Of a stretch of 64,000 nt of DNA, positions 32,639 to 43,856 are shown in pieces. Source of the stretch: Spirochaetia bacterium (lineage in GTDB: Bacteria; Spirochaetota; Spirochaetia; SZUA-6; Bin103); assembly GCA_965203515.1 (NCBI GenBank), contig OZ241907.1:3840001-3904000 (forward strand), given 5' to 3'. Positions within the stretch are counted from its first letter, which is position 1, and each line of letters starts with the position of its first letter. The notes beneath the pieces are model-generated. The model was not told the origin of the DNA. It worked only from the letters and a program-made list of their open reading frames with translations, and did not search any database. The translations under genes and the position numbers were made by a program.

Positions 32639-34027
32639 ATGGAGCGATTGATCGAGGGTCCGTTGCGCCGCTGGCTCGCGCGGCGCCGGCGCAAGCCGCT
32701 CGTGCTGCGCGGCGCTCGGCAGGTCGGCAAGACCACGGTCGTGCGGCAGTTCGCCGCCTCCGCCGGCATGCCGCTGTGCGAAGTCAACCTGGAGCGCCAC
32801 CTCTACCTGGATGAGGTGTTCAAGGGCCTCGACACCCGCCGCATCCTGCGCGAGCTGGAGACCCTCGGCGGCACGCGCCTGGCCGGCGCCATCCTCTTCC
32901 TGGACGAGGTGCAGGCCGCGCCGCACGCGCTGCACGCGCTGCGGTACCTCTACGAGGATCGGCCCGACCTGCCGGTGCTCGCGGCCGGCTCCCTGCTGGA
33001 GTTCACCCTTGCCGATCACTCCTTCTCCATGCCGGTGGGGCGCATCGAGTACCTGCACGTCGGGCCGATGTCGTTCGCGGAGTTCCTCCGGGCCGCCGAT
33101 CCCGGCTCGATCGAGCGGCTCGAATCGTTCGATCTCGATGCGCCCCCGGCGGAAGCCGCCCACCGCCTCCTGCAGCGGCGCTTCCGGGAATACCTGCTGG
33201 TCGGGGGATTGCCGGAGGCGGTGCAGGCGCATTGCGAGTCGGGATCGCCCCTGGAGGTGGCGGCCGTGCACCGCTCGATCGCCGACACCTATCGGGATGA
33301 CTTCGCCAAGTACGCCAGAGGCTCCCGGCTCACTCGCCTGCAGCGGCTGTTCGGCGGCATTCCCCGGTCGGTAGGGCGGAAGGTCACGTACCGGAATCTC
33401 GATCCCGATGCGCGCGCGGAGGAGGTACGGTCCGCGCTCGACCTGCTGGTCAAGGCGCGCATCTGCACGCGCGTGGTCCACAGCCACTGTTCCGGGCTGC
33501 CGCTCGGCGCCGACGTCGACGACCGTACCTGCAAGCTGCTGTTCCTGGACGTCGGATTGATGAATCACGTCTGCGGCCTGGACGGACCGAGCATCGACGC
33601 CATGGACGCGATCCGGTTGGTGAACGAAGGCGGTATCGCCGAGCAGTACGTGGGACAGCAGTTGGCGACCTTCGGCGCCGGGGAGGCGGCGCCGGCGCTC
33701 CACTACTGGTTGCGCCACGCCCGGACCGGCAACGCCGAGGTCGATTACGTGATCTCGCGGGGCGACTGGATCGTCCCGATCGAGGTGAAGGCCGGCCGCA
33801 GCGGGTCGCTGAAGTCATTGTTCCAGTTCGCCCATGAGAAACGGCCGCCGCTGGCGGTCCGCTTCGACGCCAATCCGGCCAGTCTGCAGACCGCGCGGCA
33901 TCGCGTCCGCGCCGGTGCGGACACCGTCCCGGTCACGCTCCGGCTCCTGTCGCTGCCGCTGTATGCCGTGGAGGCGCTGCCGCGCCTGATCGATCGCCTG
34001 CGCGCGCCGCACGCGCTATCGCCGTGA
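32639..34027 (+). CDS. AAA_14 ATPase with a DUF4143 C-terminal domain
   Basis: GARQVGKT, FLDEVQ, VGGLPE, KLLFLDVGL and EVDYVI...PIEVKAG. Confidence 0.9.
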   Translation: MERLIEGPLRRWLARRRRKPLVLRGARQVGKTTVVRQFAASAGMPLCEVNLERHLYLDEVFKGLDTRRILRELETLGGTRLAGAILFLDEVQAAPHALHALRYLYEDRPDLPVLAAGSLLEFTLADHSFSMPVGRIEYLHVGPMSFAEFLRAADPGSIERLESFDLDAPPAEAAHRLLQRRFREYLLVGGLPEAVQAHCESGSPLEVAAVHRSIADTYRDDFAKYARGSRLTRLQRLFGGIPRSVGRKVTYRNLDPDARAEEVRSALDLLVKARICTRVVHSHCSGLPLGADVDDRTCKLLFLDVGLMNHVCGLDGPSIDAMDAIRLVNEGGIAEQYVGQQLATFGAGEAAPALHYWLRHARTGNAEVDYVISRGDWIVPIEVKAGRSGSLKSLFQFAHEKRPPLAVRFDANPASLQTARHRVRAGADTVPVTLRLLSLPLYAVEALPRLIDRLRAPHALSP

Positions 34028-35328
34028 CGTGCCTGCGGGACACGGCGTTCGCCGAGAACCATGGACGCGCCCTGCACCGCTGGGTTCCATGGATCGCGGG
34101 CTTCTCGGGTTCATTCGTCGCAGGAATACTGGATGCCGCACGCGGTCACCGTCGCAGGCTGCGCGTTCTCGATCCGTTCGCGGGAGTCGGCACCACGCTC
34201 ATCGAAGCGCTGAAACACGGCGACGATGCGATCGGCTACGAAATCAATCCCTACGCCGCGCTCGCCTGCCGCGCGAAGGCGCACGCAGCCGATTACGACG
34301 TCGCCGCCTTCGAGGCCGAAATCGCTCGTTTCGAAGAGTACGGCGAAGAGGAGTCCTGGCTGAACGGCGGGACCGCTGCACGTCAGCCTGGTGGATTCCG
34401 CAGTCGCGTGCCGTTCTTCAGCCCGGCCGTCGAACGCCAGGCGCTGGCGTGCATGGACTTCATGGCACGGCAGACCATCGGATGGATCAAGGACCTCTTT
34501 CGGGTGGCATTCGGCTCGGTGATGGTGACCTTCTCCAACTACTCCTACGAGCCGAGCCTCGGCACGCGGTCCGGCGCCGGCAAGCCCGATGTCGATCACG
34601 CCGACGTATTCGGCATCATCCGCCGCAAGCTGTCGTACATGCTCGAAGACATCGTCACCTTCCAGGAATGGATGAGCGGACACGACCGCGCGCCGCAGGC
34701 GACCGTCCATCCGCTTTCGTATTTCGATCATGTTCAACTGATCGAGCCCGGCAGTATCGATGCGCTCATCACCTCGCCTCCGTACCTGAACAATTACCAC
34801 TACGTCAGGAATACGCGGCCGCATCTGTTCTGGCTCGGTATGGTGAGTACGCCCGGCGATCTGAAGGCTATCGAGCAGCGCAACTTCGGTCGATATTGGC
34901 AGACCGTACGAGCGGGGCCGGAGATCGCTCTCAAGCCGCCGCTGCCTCACCTGGCGGCGCAACTGGACGACCTCCGCGCCCGGCATCCCGAAAAGGGCGT
35001 CTATGGCGGCTCCGGGTGGGCCAATTACGCGGCCGCGTACTTCAATGACTGCCAACGATTTTGCGCGCTTACGCTACCCTGCATGCGTCCCGGCGGCGTG
35101 GTGGTGGTCGTCATCGGCAACAACATCCTGCAAGGGATCGAGTTTCAGACCGACCGGCTGTTCGCGGAAATCGCGGCGCTCGAGGGATTCGAGATCGTGC
35201 GCCTGCACGAAGTACGCAGCAAGCGAACCGGAACCAGTATCGTCAATTCTTCCGTGCGTGCGGGTACGGTCGACCGGCGCACGCGATTGTATGAAACCGC
35301 GGTCGAGCTCCGTGCGCCGCGGCGTTGA
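34024..35328 (+). CDS. Amino-DNA methyltransferase (motif I precedes SPPY; probably m4C)
   Basis: HRWVPWIAGFS, DPFAGVGTT and ITSPPYLNNY. GTGA overlap with the upstream gene. Confidence 0.85.
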   Translation: MTCLRDTAFAENHGRALHRWVPWIAGFSGSFVAGILDAARGHRRRLRVLDPFAGVGTTLIEALKHGDDAIGYEINPYAALACRAKAHAADYDVAAFEAEIARFEEYGEEESWLNGGTAARQPGGFRSRVPFFSPAVERQALACMDFMARQTIGWIKDLFRVAFGSVMVTFSNYSYEPSLGTRSGAGKPDVDHADVFGIIRRKLSYMLEDIVTFQEWMSGHDRAPQATVHPLSYFDHVQLIEPGSIDALITSPPYLNNYHYVRNTRPHLFWLGMVSTPGDLKAIEQRNFGRYWQTVRAGPEIALKPPLPHLAAQLDDLRARHPEKGVYGGSGWANYAAAYFNDCQRFCALTLPCMRPGGVVVVVIGNNILQGIEFQTDRLFAEIAALEGFEIVRLHEVRSKRTGTSIVNSSVRAGTVDRRTRLYETAVELRAPRR

Positions 35329-35331
35329 GGG

Positions 35332-35913
35332 TCAGTCCTCGTAGCGCCGGCGCAGGAGGGGCGACAGGCGCAGTATCCATTGCGCCCGCTCGATCTCGTC
35401 CAGCCATTCGTCGATCTCGACGGCCAACTCCTCGGCTGCGGGCGGGACCAGACCCACCTCGCAGGTCGGCCCCAGCTCGCGCTGCGCCTTCTTCCGGTAG
35501 GTGCTGAGCATCCGATCGCCGATGCGCGCCACCTCGAAGAAGTCCTCGGACAGCATGACCAGCACCGGCACCTTGAGCGCGCCGTTGATGCGCAGCTCCT
35601 CGGCCAGCGCGTCGTCGGTGCGCTCGACGAAGCGGAGCTCGACGCCGGGCGAGGCGTCGGCGATCGCGGCCAGGATCGGCCCCTGCCGCACGCAGTCCCC
35701 GCACCAGATGCCGCTCAGGCAGAGCACCGGCATGGCGCGCGCGAACGCGGCGGCGCGCTGCCGCTGCTCGCCGCCGATCGCGATCCGTTCCGCCATCGCT
35801 TCCCACTTCGACCGGTGCTGCTCCGGCCCGTCGGCAAGGTACGGACCGAGCGGCTTTGCCGCTCCGAACTGCGACCGCCAGAACTCCTGGCGGGTGTCGC
35901 TATAGGCCGCCAT
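35332..35913 (-). CDS. Thioredoxin family protein
   Basis: WCGDC active-site motif and KVP cis-Pro loop. Confidence 0.85.
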   Translation of the reverse strand: MAAYSDTRQEFWRSQFGAAKPLGPYLADGPEQHRSKWEAMAERIAIGGEQRQRAAAFARAMPVLCLSGIWCGDCVRQGPILAAIADASPGVELRFVERTDDALAEELRINGALKVPVLVMLSEDFFEVARIGDRMLSTYRKKAQRELGPTCEVGLVPPAAEELAVEIDEWLDEIERAQWILRLSPLLRRRYED

Positions 35914-37672
35914 CGTCATCCTCCGTAACGGTGATCCGCAGACCGAGCTGCGCCAACTGCTCGGCGTCGACCGGTGACGGCGATCCGTCCATCAACGACG
36001 CCATCGTCGTGTTCTTGGGAAAGGCGATCACCTCGCGGATGGTCGGCTGGCCGGCCATCAGCATCACCAGCCGGTCCAGCCCGAAGGCGACCCCGCCGTG
36101 CGGCGGCGGCCCGTAGCGGAACGCGTCGAGCATGAAGCCGAACCGTCGGCGCGCTTCCTCCTGACCGATCCCGATCATCGAGAATACCCGCTCCTGCAGG
36201 GCGCGGTCGTGGATACGGATCGAACCCGAGCCCAGCTCCACGCCGTCGAGCACCAGGTCGTAGACCTGACCGCGGACCGCCGCCGGGTCGGTTTCCAGGA
36301 GACCCAGGTCCGCTTGCCGAGGCATCGAGAACGGGTGATGGCTCGGGTCCCAGCGCTGCTCGTCCTCGTTCCACTCGAACAGCGGGAAGTCGGTGACCCA
36401 GCAGAAGCGGTGGCCGTCGAGCTGCCGTTCCGCGCCCAGCGCCGTGCGCACCGCGCCCAGGGCCGCGCAGGCGGTCCGCCGGCCGTCGGCGACGAACAGG
36501 GCCACGTCACCGGGAGCGGCGCCCAGCGCCTCGACCGCCTGCGGCGCCACCGAGCTCAGAAAGCGGGCGATGCCCCCTTCCGGACCATCCGCGGTGATCC
36601 GCGTCCATGCCAGCCCCTTGGCGCCCTGCGCCCGGGCGCGCCGCTCCAGCTCGTCGATGCGGGCGCGCGACAGACCGTCGCCGGACACGGTCAGCGCCTT
36701 GACCACGCCGCCGTCGGCCAGGGCGGAGCGGAACACCTTGAAGTCGCTCCGCTCGGCGATCGGTCCGAAATCGGTGAGCGGCAGCGCGAAGCGCAGGTCG
36801 GGGTTCTCCGATCCGTAGCGGTCGATCGCCTCTTCGTGGGTGAGGCGCGGGAACGGGGTGTCGAGCGGCCGGTCCAGGCAGCGCGCGAACACGCGCGCCA
36901 GCATCGTCTCCACGACCGTGAAGACGTCGTCGGGCTCGACGAAGCTCGCCTCGACGTCGATCTGGGTGAACTCCGGCTGCCGGTCGCCGCGCGTGTCCTC
37001 GTCCCGGTAGCAACGGGCGATCTGAAAGTAGCGGTCCAGCCCGCTCACCATGAGGAGCTGCTTGAAGATCTGCGGCGATTGCGGCAGCGCGTAGAAGCGG
37101 CCGGGAGCCAGGCGCGACGGCACGATGAAGTCACGCGCCCCCTCCGGGGTGGAGCGCACCATGGTCGGCGTCTCGATCTCCAGGAAGCCCTGATCGGTCA
37201 GCGCGGCGCGCACCTCGGCGGTGGCGGCGCTGCGCAGGGCCAGGTTGCGCTGCATGACGCCGGAGCGCAGGTCCAGGTAGCGGTAGGTCTGGCGCAACTC
37301 CTCGCGCGCGTCGACCGTGTCGCCGACCGCGAACGGCAGCGGATCACAGGTCGAAAGCACCTCGATCTCGTCCGCGGCCAGCTCGACCTCGCCCGTGATC
37401 TGGTCGGCGTTGGCCATGTCGGCAGGACGCAGGCGCACCGTGCCGGACACGGCGATGCAGTACTCGTCGCGCAGCCCGCCCGCGGCGGCGCGCGCCGCCT
37501 GTGGCGATGACTCGTCCACCACCACCTGCGTTACGCCGTAGCGGTCGCGCAGGTCGATGAAGCGGATGCCGCCGTGATCGCGTCGGGAGGCGACCCAGCC
37601 GCCCAGCACGGCGCGCGCGCCGGCGTCGTCGGCGCGCAGTTCGCCGCACGTCCTGGTTCGTTTGAGACTCAT
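35900..37672 (-). CDS. aspS: Aspartate-tRNA ligase
   Basis: RRDHGG-FIDLRD, STPEGARDF, LPQSPQ, RDED-RGDRQPEFTQID and PPHGG-AFGLDR. Confidence 0.97.
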   Translation of the reverse strand: MSLKRTRTCGELRADDAGARAVLGGWVASRRDHGGIRFIDLRDRYGVTQVVVDESSPQAARAAAGGLRDEYCIAVSGTVRLRPADMANADQITGEVELAADEIEVLSTCDPLPFAVGDTVDAREELRQTYRYLDLRSGVMQRNLALRSAATAEVRAALTDQGFLEIETPTMVRSTPEGARDFIVPSRLAPGRFYALPQSPQIFKQLLMVSGLDRYFQIARCYRDEDTRGDRQPEFTQIDVEASFVEPDDVFTVVETMLARVFARCLDRPLDTPFPRLTHEEAIDRYGSENPDLRFALPLTDFGPIAERSDFKVFRSALADGGVVKALTVSGDGLSRARIDELERRARAQGAKGLAWTRITADGPEGGIARFLSSVAPQAVEALGAAPGDVALFVADGRRTACAALGAVRTALGAERQLDGHRFCWVTDFPLFEWNEDEQRWDPSHHPFSMPRQADLGLLETDPAAVRGQVYDLVLDGVELGSGSIRIHDRALQERVFSMIGIGQEEARRRFGFMLDAFRYGPPPHGGVAFGLDRLVMLMAGQPTIREVIAFPKNTTMASLMDGSPSPVDAEQLAQLGLRITVTEDDDGGL

Positions 37673-37718
37673 TTGATGAGAGTCAGGGTAGCACGGACGC
37701 GCGATCGGCGGGGAGCAC

Positions 37719-39944
37719 GTGATCCCGTCGGCGGCCGGTTTGAGCGCCGTTCGGCCGGACGGTAGCATGGTCGGCGTGGGAGGCGAGGCGGTCGACCGGA
37801 CGGGGGCGCTGCCGGAGCGGCACCGGCGGGCCGGCGATACGCCCAATCGTCTGATCGACGAGAAGAGTCCCTACCTGCTGCAGCACGCCTACAACCCGGT
37901 CGATTGGTACCCCTGGGGGGACGCCGCCTTCGAGCGGGCGCGCCGCGAAGACCGGCTGGTCTTCCTGTCGGTCGGCTACGCCACCTGCCACTGGTGTCAC
38001 GTGATGGCGCACGAGTCGTTCGAAGACGCGGCGGTGGCGGCGTTCCTGAACGCCAACTTCGTCTCCATCAAGCTCGACCGCGAGGAGCGGCCCGACATCG
38101 ACCGCATCTACATGGCGGTGGTGCAGGCGACCAGCGGTTCGGGCGGCTGGCCGATGACGGTGTTCCTCACGCCCGACCGGCGGCCGGTGTTCGGCGGCAC
38201 CTACTTCCCGCCGCGCGGCGCCTACGGCCGACCCGGCTTCCCAGACCTGCTGCGCCGGCTGGCGCGGATGTGGCGTGAGCGGCGGCCGGAGCTGGAGCGG
38301 GCGGCCGGCTCGGTGGTGGAAAGCATCCGCGGCTACCTGGAAGGCGCCCCGCAGGAGGCGGACCCGGCCGCGGTCGACCTGGCGGCCGCGGCGGCCGGCG
38401 CGGCCGCCGGCTATGACGCCCGGGAGGGCGGCTTCGGCCCGGCGCCGAAGTTTCCGCAGCCGTCGGTCGTCGCCCTGTTGCTGCGCCACCCCGACGCGGG
38501 CGGCTCGGCGGGCCGGCGGTACCGCCGCATGGCGCTCCACACCCTCGACGCGATGGCGGCCGGCGGCATGTACGACCACCTGGGCGGCGGCTTCCACCGC
38601 TATTCGGTCGACCCCTGCTGGCGCGTGCCGCACTTCGAGAAGATGCTCTACGACCAGGGGCAGCTCGTGCGCGTCTACGTCCAGGCGTTCCAGGCGACCG
38701 GCGCCGAGCGCTTCGCCGCGGTCGCGCGCCACACCGCCGACTACGTGCTGCGCGACCTGACCACCGCCGACGGCGCGTTCTGCTCAGCGGAGGATGCCGA
38801 CAGCGCGGTCGCCGCCGGCGATTCCGCGCCCGCCCGTGAGGGCGCCTTCTATCTGTGGGACTACGACGAGGCGCGCGCCGCGCTCGAAGCGGACGGATCG
38901 GCCGATCCGTTTCTCTACGTCTACGGACTGGAGCGCCGCGGCAACACCCTGAGCGATCCGCACGGTGAGCTGGGCTCGGGCAACGTGCTCTACCGTTCCC
39001 CGAAGCGCGACGCCGAGGCGGCGCGCCGCTTCGCGCGGCTGGACGAAGACTTGGCGCGCGCCCGCCGGCTGCTGTTCGCGGTGCGCGAGCGCCGCCCGCG
39101 GCCGCTGCTGGACGACAAGGTGATCGCCGGCTGGAACGGGCTGGCGATCGGCGCCCTGGCGCTGCTGTCCGGCGCAGCCGGCCGCACCGTCTATCTGGCC
39201 GCCGCCGAGCGCGCCGCCGACTTCGTATGGTCGGCCATGTGGCAAGGCGCAGACGGCCGGGCCGGCCGGCTGCTGCGCCGCTATCGCGAGGGCGAAGCGC
39301 GGTTCGACGGTTCCCTGGGCGACTACGCGGCGCTGGCCGACGGTCTGATCGATCTCTACCAGGCCGGCGGAACGCCGCGCCATCTGCTGAGGGCGGAGGC
39401 GCTGGCGGACGCGCTGCTGGCCCGCTTCGGCGCCTCCGACGGGGGCTTCTACGATACCGACGGCGTCGCCGACGACCTGCTGTTCCGCAGCCGCGAGCTC
39501 CACGACGGGGCGGAGCCGAGCGGCGCGGCGTTGGCGATCCGCGCGCTCACCCGCGTGGGCCGCATGCTCGGCCGCGACGATCTGGCGTCGGCGGGGTTGG
39601 CGGCCGCCCGGCTTGGCGCGGGCGCCGTCGCGCGCGCGCCCGCGGCGGCGCCGGAGCTGGCGCTGTCGGTCGACCTGGCGGTGAGCGAACCTGCGCAGGT
39701 GGTGCTGGCCGGCCGGCGCGGCGACCCGCGGCTGACCGCGCTGCAGCGCGTGGTCGGCCGCTCCTTCCTGCCGCGGGCGGCGGTGCTGTGGGCCGACCCG
39801 GACTCGCCGTTGACCGCTCGGGTGCCGGAACTCCGGGCGATGGCGGCGGCGGAGGAGGCGACCGCCTACGTCTGCACCGGCTTCGTCTGCGACCGGCCGG
39901 CGACCGATCCGGAAACGCTCGCCGGGCAGCTCGCCGGGCCGTAA
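37719..39944 (+). CDS. Thioredoxin-domain protein YyaL (DUF255/SSP411 family)
   Basis: [37 protein letters not shown] and [11 protein letters not shown]. The start is uncertain. Confidence 0.92.
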   Translation: MIPSAAGLSAVRPDGSMVGVGGEAVDRTGALPERHRRAGDTPNRLIDEKSPYLLQHAYNPVDWYPWGDAAFERARREDRLVFLSVGYATCHWCHVMAHESFEDAAVAAFLNANFVSIKLDREERPDIDRIYMAVVQATSGSGGWPMTVFLTPDRRPVFGGTYFPPRGAYGRPGFPDLLRRLARMWRERRPELERAAGSVVESIRGYLEGAPQEADPAAVDLAAAAAGAAAGYDAREGGFGPAPKFPQPSVVALLLRHPDAGGSAGRRYRRMALHTLDAMAAGGMYDHLGGGFHRYSVDPCWRVPHFEKMLYDQGQLVRVYVQAFQATGAERFAAVARHTADYVLRDLTTADGAFCSAEDADSAVAAGDSAPAREGAFYLWDYDEARAALEADGSADPFLYVYGLERRGNTLSDPHGELGSGNVLYRSPKRDAEAARRFARLDEDLARARRLLFAVRERRPRPLLDDKVIAGWNGLAIGALALLSGAAGRTVYLAAAERAADFVWSAMWQGADGRAGRLLRRYREGEARFDGSLGDYAALADGLIDLYQAGGTPRHLLRAEALADALLARFGASDGGFYDTDGVADDLLFRSRELHDGAEPSGAALAIRALTRVGRMLGRDDLASAGLAAARLGAGAVARAPAAAPELALSVDLAVSEPAQVVLAGRRGDPRLTALQRVVGRSFLPRAAVLWADPDSPLTARVPELRAMAAAEEATAYVCTGFVCDRPATDPETLAGQLAGP

Positions 39945-39979
39945 GCAAGGCCAAGCGTCTCCTGCTTACAGGAGATGGT

Positions 39980-40606
39980 TTACAGGAGATGGCCCATCCT
40001 GGTCCGCTTGGTCTCCAGATAGCCCTGGTTGAAGGGGTTGCCGGAGGCGACCAGCGGGATGCGGTCGGTGACCGTGATCCCCGCCGCGCGCAGCCCTTCG
40101 ATCTTGTTCGGGTTGTTGGTCATCAGGGCCACGGAGCGGACCCTGAGCAGCTCCAGAATCCGGGCGGCGATGCCGTAGTCGCGCGCGTCGGCGGGAAATC
40201 CCAGGTGATGGTTCGCCTCGATCGTGTCCATGCCCTGGTCCTGCAGGCGGTAGGCGTGCAGCTTGTTGAGCAGTCCGATGCCGCGCCCCTCCTGGCGCAG
40301 GTAGATCACCGCCCCGCACGGCCGCGCGACGATGAGGCGCAAGGCGGCGTCGAGCTGCTCCCGGCAGTCGCAGCGCTGCGAGCCGAACACCTCGCCGGTC
40401 AGGCATGCGGAGTGGACGCGGATCGGGCAGTCCTCAGCACGCGCCACGTCGCCATGGACGATCGCCAAGGGGCCGTCCCGGCCGTCGCCGGCGCTGAACG
40501 CGGTAAGCCGGAACCTCCCGAAACGGGTCGGCAGATCCACGGTCGCCGCCGGTCGCAGGACGTTCGCGGTCTGTTCCATGGGAAGCGCAGGCACAAGCTC
40601 AGGCAC
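39980..40606 (-). CDS. ribA: GTP cyclohydrolase II
   Basis: RVHSACLTGEVFGSQRCDC, QEGRGIGL and MTNNP. Confidence 0.95.
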   Translation of the reverse strand: MPELVPALPMEQTANVLRPAATVDLPTRFGRFRLTAFSAGDGRDGPLAIVHGDVARAEDCPIRVHSACLTGEVFGSQRCDCREQLDAALRLIVARPCGAVIYLRQEGRGIGLLNKLHAYRLQDQGMDTIEANHHLGFPADARDYGIAARILELLRVRSVALMTNNPNKIEGLRAAGITVTDRIPLVASGNPFNQGYLETKRTRMGHLL

Positions 40607-40646
40607 AAGCTATGGCGCGGGCGGGAAGCGGTCAACGCCGCGGCGG

Positions 40647-41525
40647 TCAGCCCCGCTTGCGGCCCCGGGGCGGGGCGATGGAGCGGGTGAGGAGCGCGAA
40701 TGCCTCCTCCACGTCGTCGACCCGGTGGATCAGCTCCAGGTCCGCGGCGGTGATGGCGCCCCACTCCACCAGCTTGTCGAAGTCGACGACATCGTCCCAG
40801 TACTCGCGCCCGTAGACGATCACCTGCACGGGCCGCTGCACCTTGCGGGTCTGCAGCAGGGTCAGCACCTCGAACAGCTCGTCCAGGGTGCCGTAGCCGC
40901 CGGGGAACGCCACCAGCGCCCGCGCCAGATACATGAACCAGAACTTGCGCATGAAGAAGTAGTGGAACTCCATGTCGAGGCCGGGCGTGATGTAGCGATT
41001 GGGCGCCGCCTCGTGCGGCAGGCTGATCGCCAGGCCGATGTTCTGGCCGCCGGCCTCGGCGGCGCCGCGGTTGGCGGCCTCCATCATCCCGGGGCCGCCC
41101 CCGGAACAGACCACCAGCTCGCCCTCGGCGCCCGACTCCTTGGCCCAGGCCGTGAGCTTGCCGGCCAGCGCGCGGGCGTCTTCATAGTACGCGGCCAGGC
41201 GAATCTGGCGTTGGGCATACCGCATTTCGGCGCTGGAGACGCCGGCCCGGCGGCCCGAGGCGGCGGCGCCGTAGCGCTCCTCCGCCTCCGCCAGGGGGAG
41301 CGTCCGCGCCGAGCCGAAGAACACGATGGCGCTGCGGATGCGGCGGCGGCGCAGGCGCGCCTTCGGCTCCAGGTACTCGGAGAGGATGCGCAGGCTGCGG
41401 GCATCCCGGCTGCGCAGGAACGTCAGGTTCTCATATGCCTTGTTGATCGGATGGTTGATCGGATGGTTGATCGGATTGGCGCGGCCGGGGCCGGGAGTGG
41501 GCGTATCGGCGGAATCGTCGGTCAT
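40647..41525 (-). CDS. LOG family protein (Rossmann-fold nucleotide-binding)
   Basis: FFGSAR, SGGGPGMMEAANRGA, FHYFFMRK and PGGYGTLDE. Confidence 0.9.
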   Translation of the reverse strand: MTDDSADTPTPGPGRANPINHPINHPINKAYENLTFLRSRDARSLRILSEYLEPKARLRRRRIRSAIVFFGSARTLPLAEAEERYGAAASGRRAGVSSAEMRYAQRQIRLAAYYEDARALAGKLTAWAKESGAEGELVVCSGGGPGMMEAANRGAAEAGGQNIGLAISLPHEAAPNRYITPGLDMEFHYFFMRKFWFMYLARALVAFPGGYGTLDELFEVLTLLQTRKVQRPVQVIVYGREYWDDVVDFDKLVEWGAITAADLELIHRVDDVEEAFALLTRSIAPPRGRKRG

Positions 41526-41551
41526 GCAAAGGCGCTCAAGCGATTCGGCGG

Positions 41552-42517
<966 letters not shown>

Positions 42518-42638
42518 CGGCGGTCGCCGGTCAAACGCGACCGGCTCAAAACGCGGCCGGCGACCGCCCGACCGGCCGGCGGCGGCCGCCGCCGAGGTTT
42601 GACCGCGCTGCGGCGCGCCACTACTGTCTGATGACCCC

Positions 42639-43856
42639 ATGATTTCCGTGACGGAAGCGGACCGCATCCTCGGCGACCGAGCGTGGACGCTGCCGGCCGA
42701 GTCGGTGCCGTTGCGCGCCTCGTACGGCCGCGTCCTGCGGTCGGAACTGCGCTCCGACCGCGATCTGCCGCCCTACGACCGCGCCACGATGGACGGCATA
42801 GCGGTGCGCGCCGCGACGCTGGCCGCCGGCCGCCGCCGGTTCGCGGTCGAGGCGCAGGCGCTCGCCGGCCGGCCGGCCGGCGTCCTCTCCTCCGATGCCG
42901 GCTGCGTGCGGATCATGACCGGCGCAGCGCTGCCGCGCGGCGCCGACGCGGTGATCCGCTCCGAGGACATCGCCATCCGCGACGGCGCCGCGCAGGTGGC
43001 GGCCGGCGTCGAGGTCGCGCCGGGGCTCAACGTGCACCACGCCGCCGCCGACGGCCGCGCCGGGGAAGTGGCGCTGCCGGCGGGCGTTCGCATCGACGAA
43101 CGCGCGGCAGCGGTGATCGCCTCGGTCGGCGCCTCGCAGGTCAGCGTCTCGCGGCTCCCGCGCGTCGCGGTCCTGACCACCGGGGACGAGGTGGTCGCGG
43201 TCGACGCTCCGGTCGAGCCGCACCAGATACGGCAGAGCAATCGCTACGCGGCGGAAGCGATCCTGCACGGCGCCGGTCTGGCAGCAGGCAGCGAGCATCT
43301 CCCCGATGATCGGGAGCTGCTCCGCGACCGCGCCGGGCGATTGCTGGCCGGCCACGACGTGTTGATCGCCACCGGCGCGGTGTCGATGGGAGTGACCGAC
43401 GTCATGCCGGAGGTGCTGACCGGCGCCGGCCTGCGCGAGCGGTTCCACCGCCTGCGCCAGCGTCCCGGCAAGCCGCTCTGGTTCGGCACCGGTTCCGTCG
43501 GCGGCGCGCCGCGCGCCGCCTTCGGGCTGCCGGGCAATCCGGTGTCGGTGGCGGTCTGCCTGCGGCGCTACGTACTGCCGTTCCTGTTTCGACTGATGGC
43601 GGCGCCGCCGCCGGCGCCGGAGGCGGCGGCGCTGACTGAGGAGATGCGCTTGCCGGCGCCGCTCACCTGCTACCTGCCGGTCGCCGTCGACTGCGCAGAC
43701 GGCCGGATCGCCGCGGCGCCGCGCCCCACCGGCGGATCGGGAGACTTCCTGAGCCTCATGGCTTCGGACGGATTCGTGGAGCTTGCCGCCGAACCGGACC
43801 GCTTCGCCGCCGGCCACGTCGCGCCGCTGTATCGCTGGGGTGCCCGTGCCGCCTGA
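42639..43856 (+). CDS. moeA: Molybdopterin molybdotransferase
   Basis: PPYDRATMDG, IMTGA, TGDEV, RPGKP and LPGNPVS. Confidence 0.93.
   Translation: MISVTEADRILGDRAWTLPAESVPLRASYGRVLRSELRSDRDLPPYDRATMDGIAVRAATLAAGRRRFAVEAQALAGRPAGVLSSDAGCVRIMTGAALPRGADAVIRSEDIAIRDGAAQVAAGVEVAPGLNVHHAAADGRAGEVALPAGVRIDERAAAVIASVGASQVSVSRLPRVAVLTTGDEVVAVDAPVEPHQIRQSNRYAAEAILHGAGLAAGSEHLPDDRELLRDRAGRLLAGHDVLIATGAVSMGVTDVMPEVLTGAGLRERFHRLRQRPGKPLWFGTGSVGGAPRAAFGLPGNPVSVAVCLRRYVLPFLFRLMAAPPPAPEAAALTEEMRLPAPLTCYLPVAVDCADGRIAAAPRPTGGSGDFLSLMASDGFVELAAEPDRFAAGHVAPLYRWGARAA

Noticed and set aside
37560..37600. aspS RRDHGG motif suggesting a non-discriminating enzyme
   Set aside because: A single residue is not decisive, and the trait is common.
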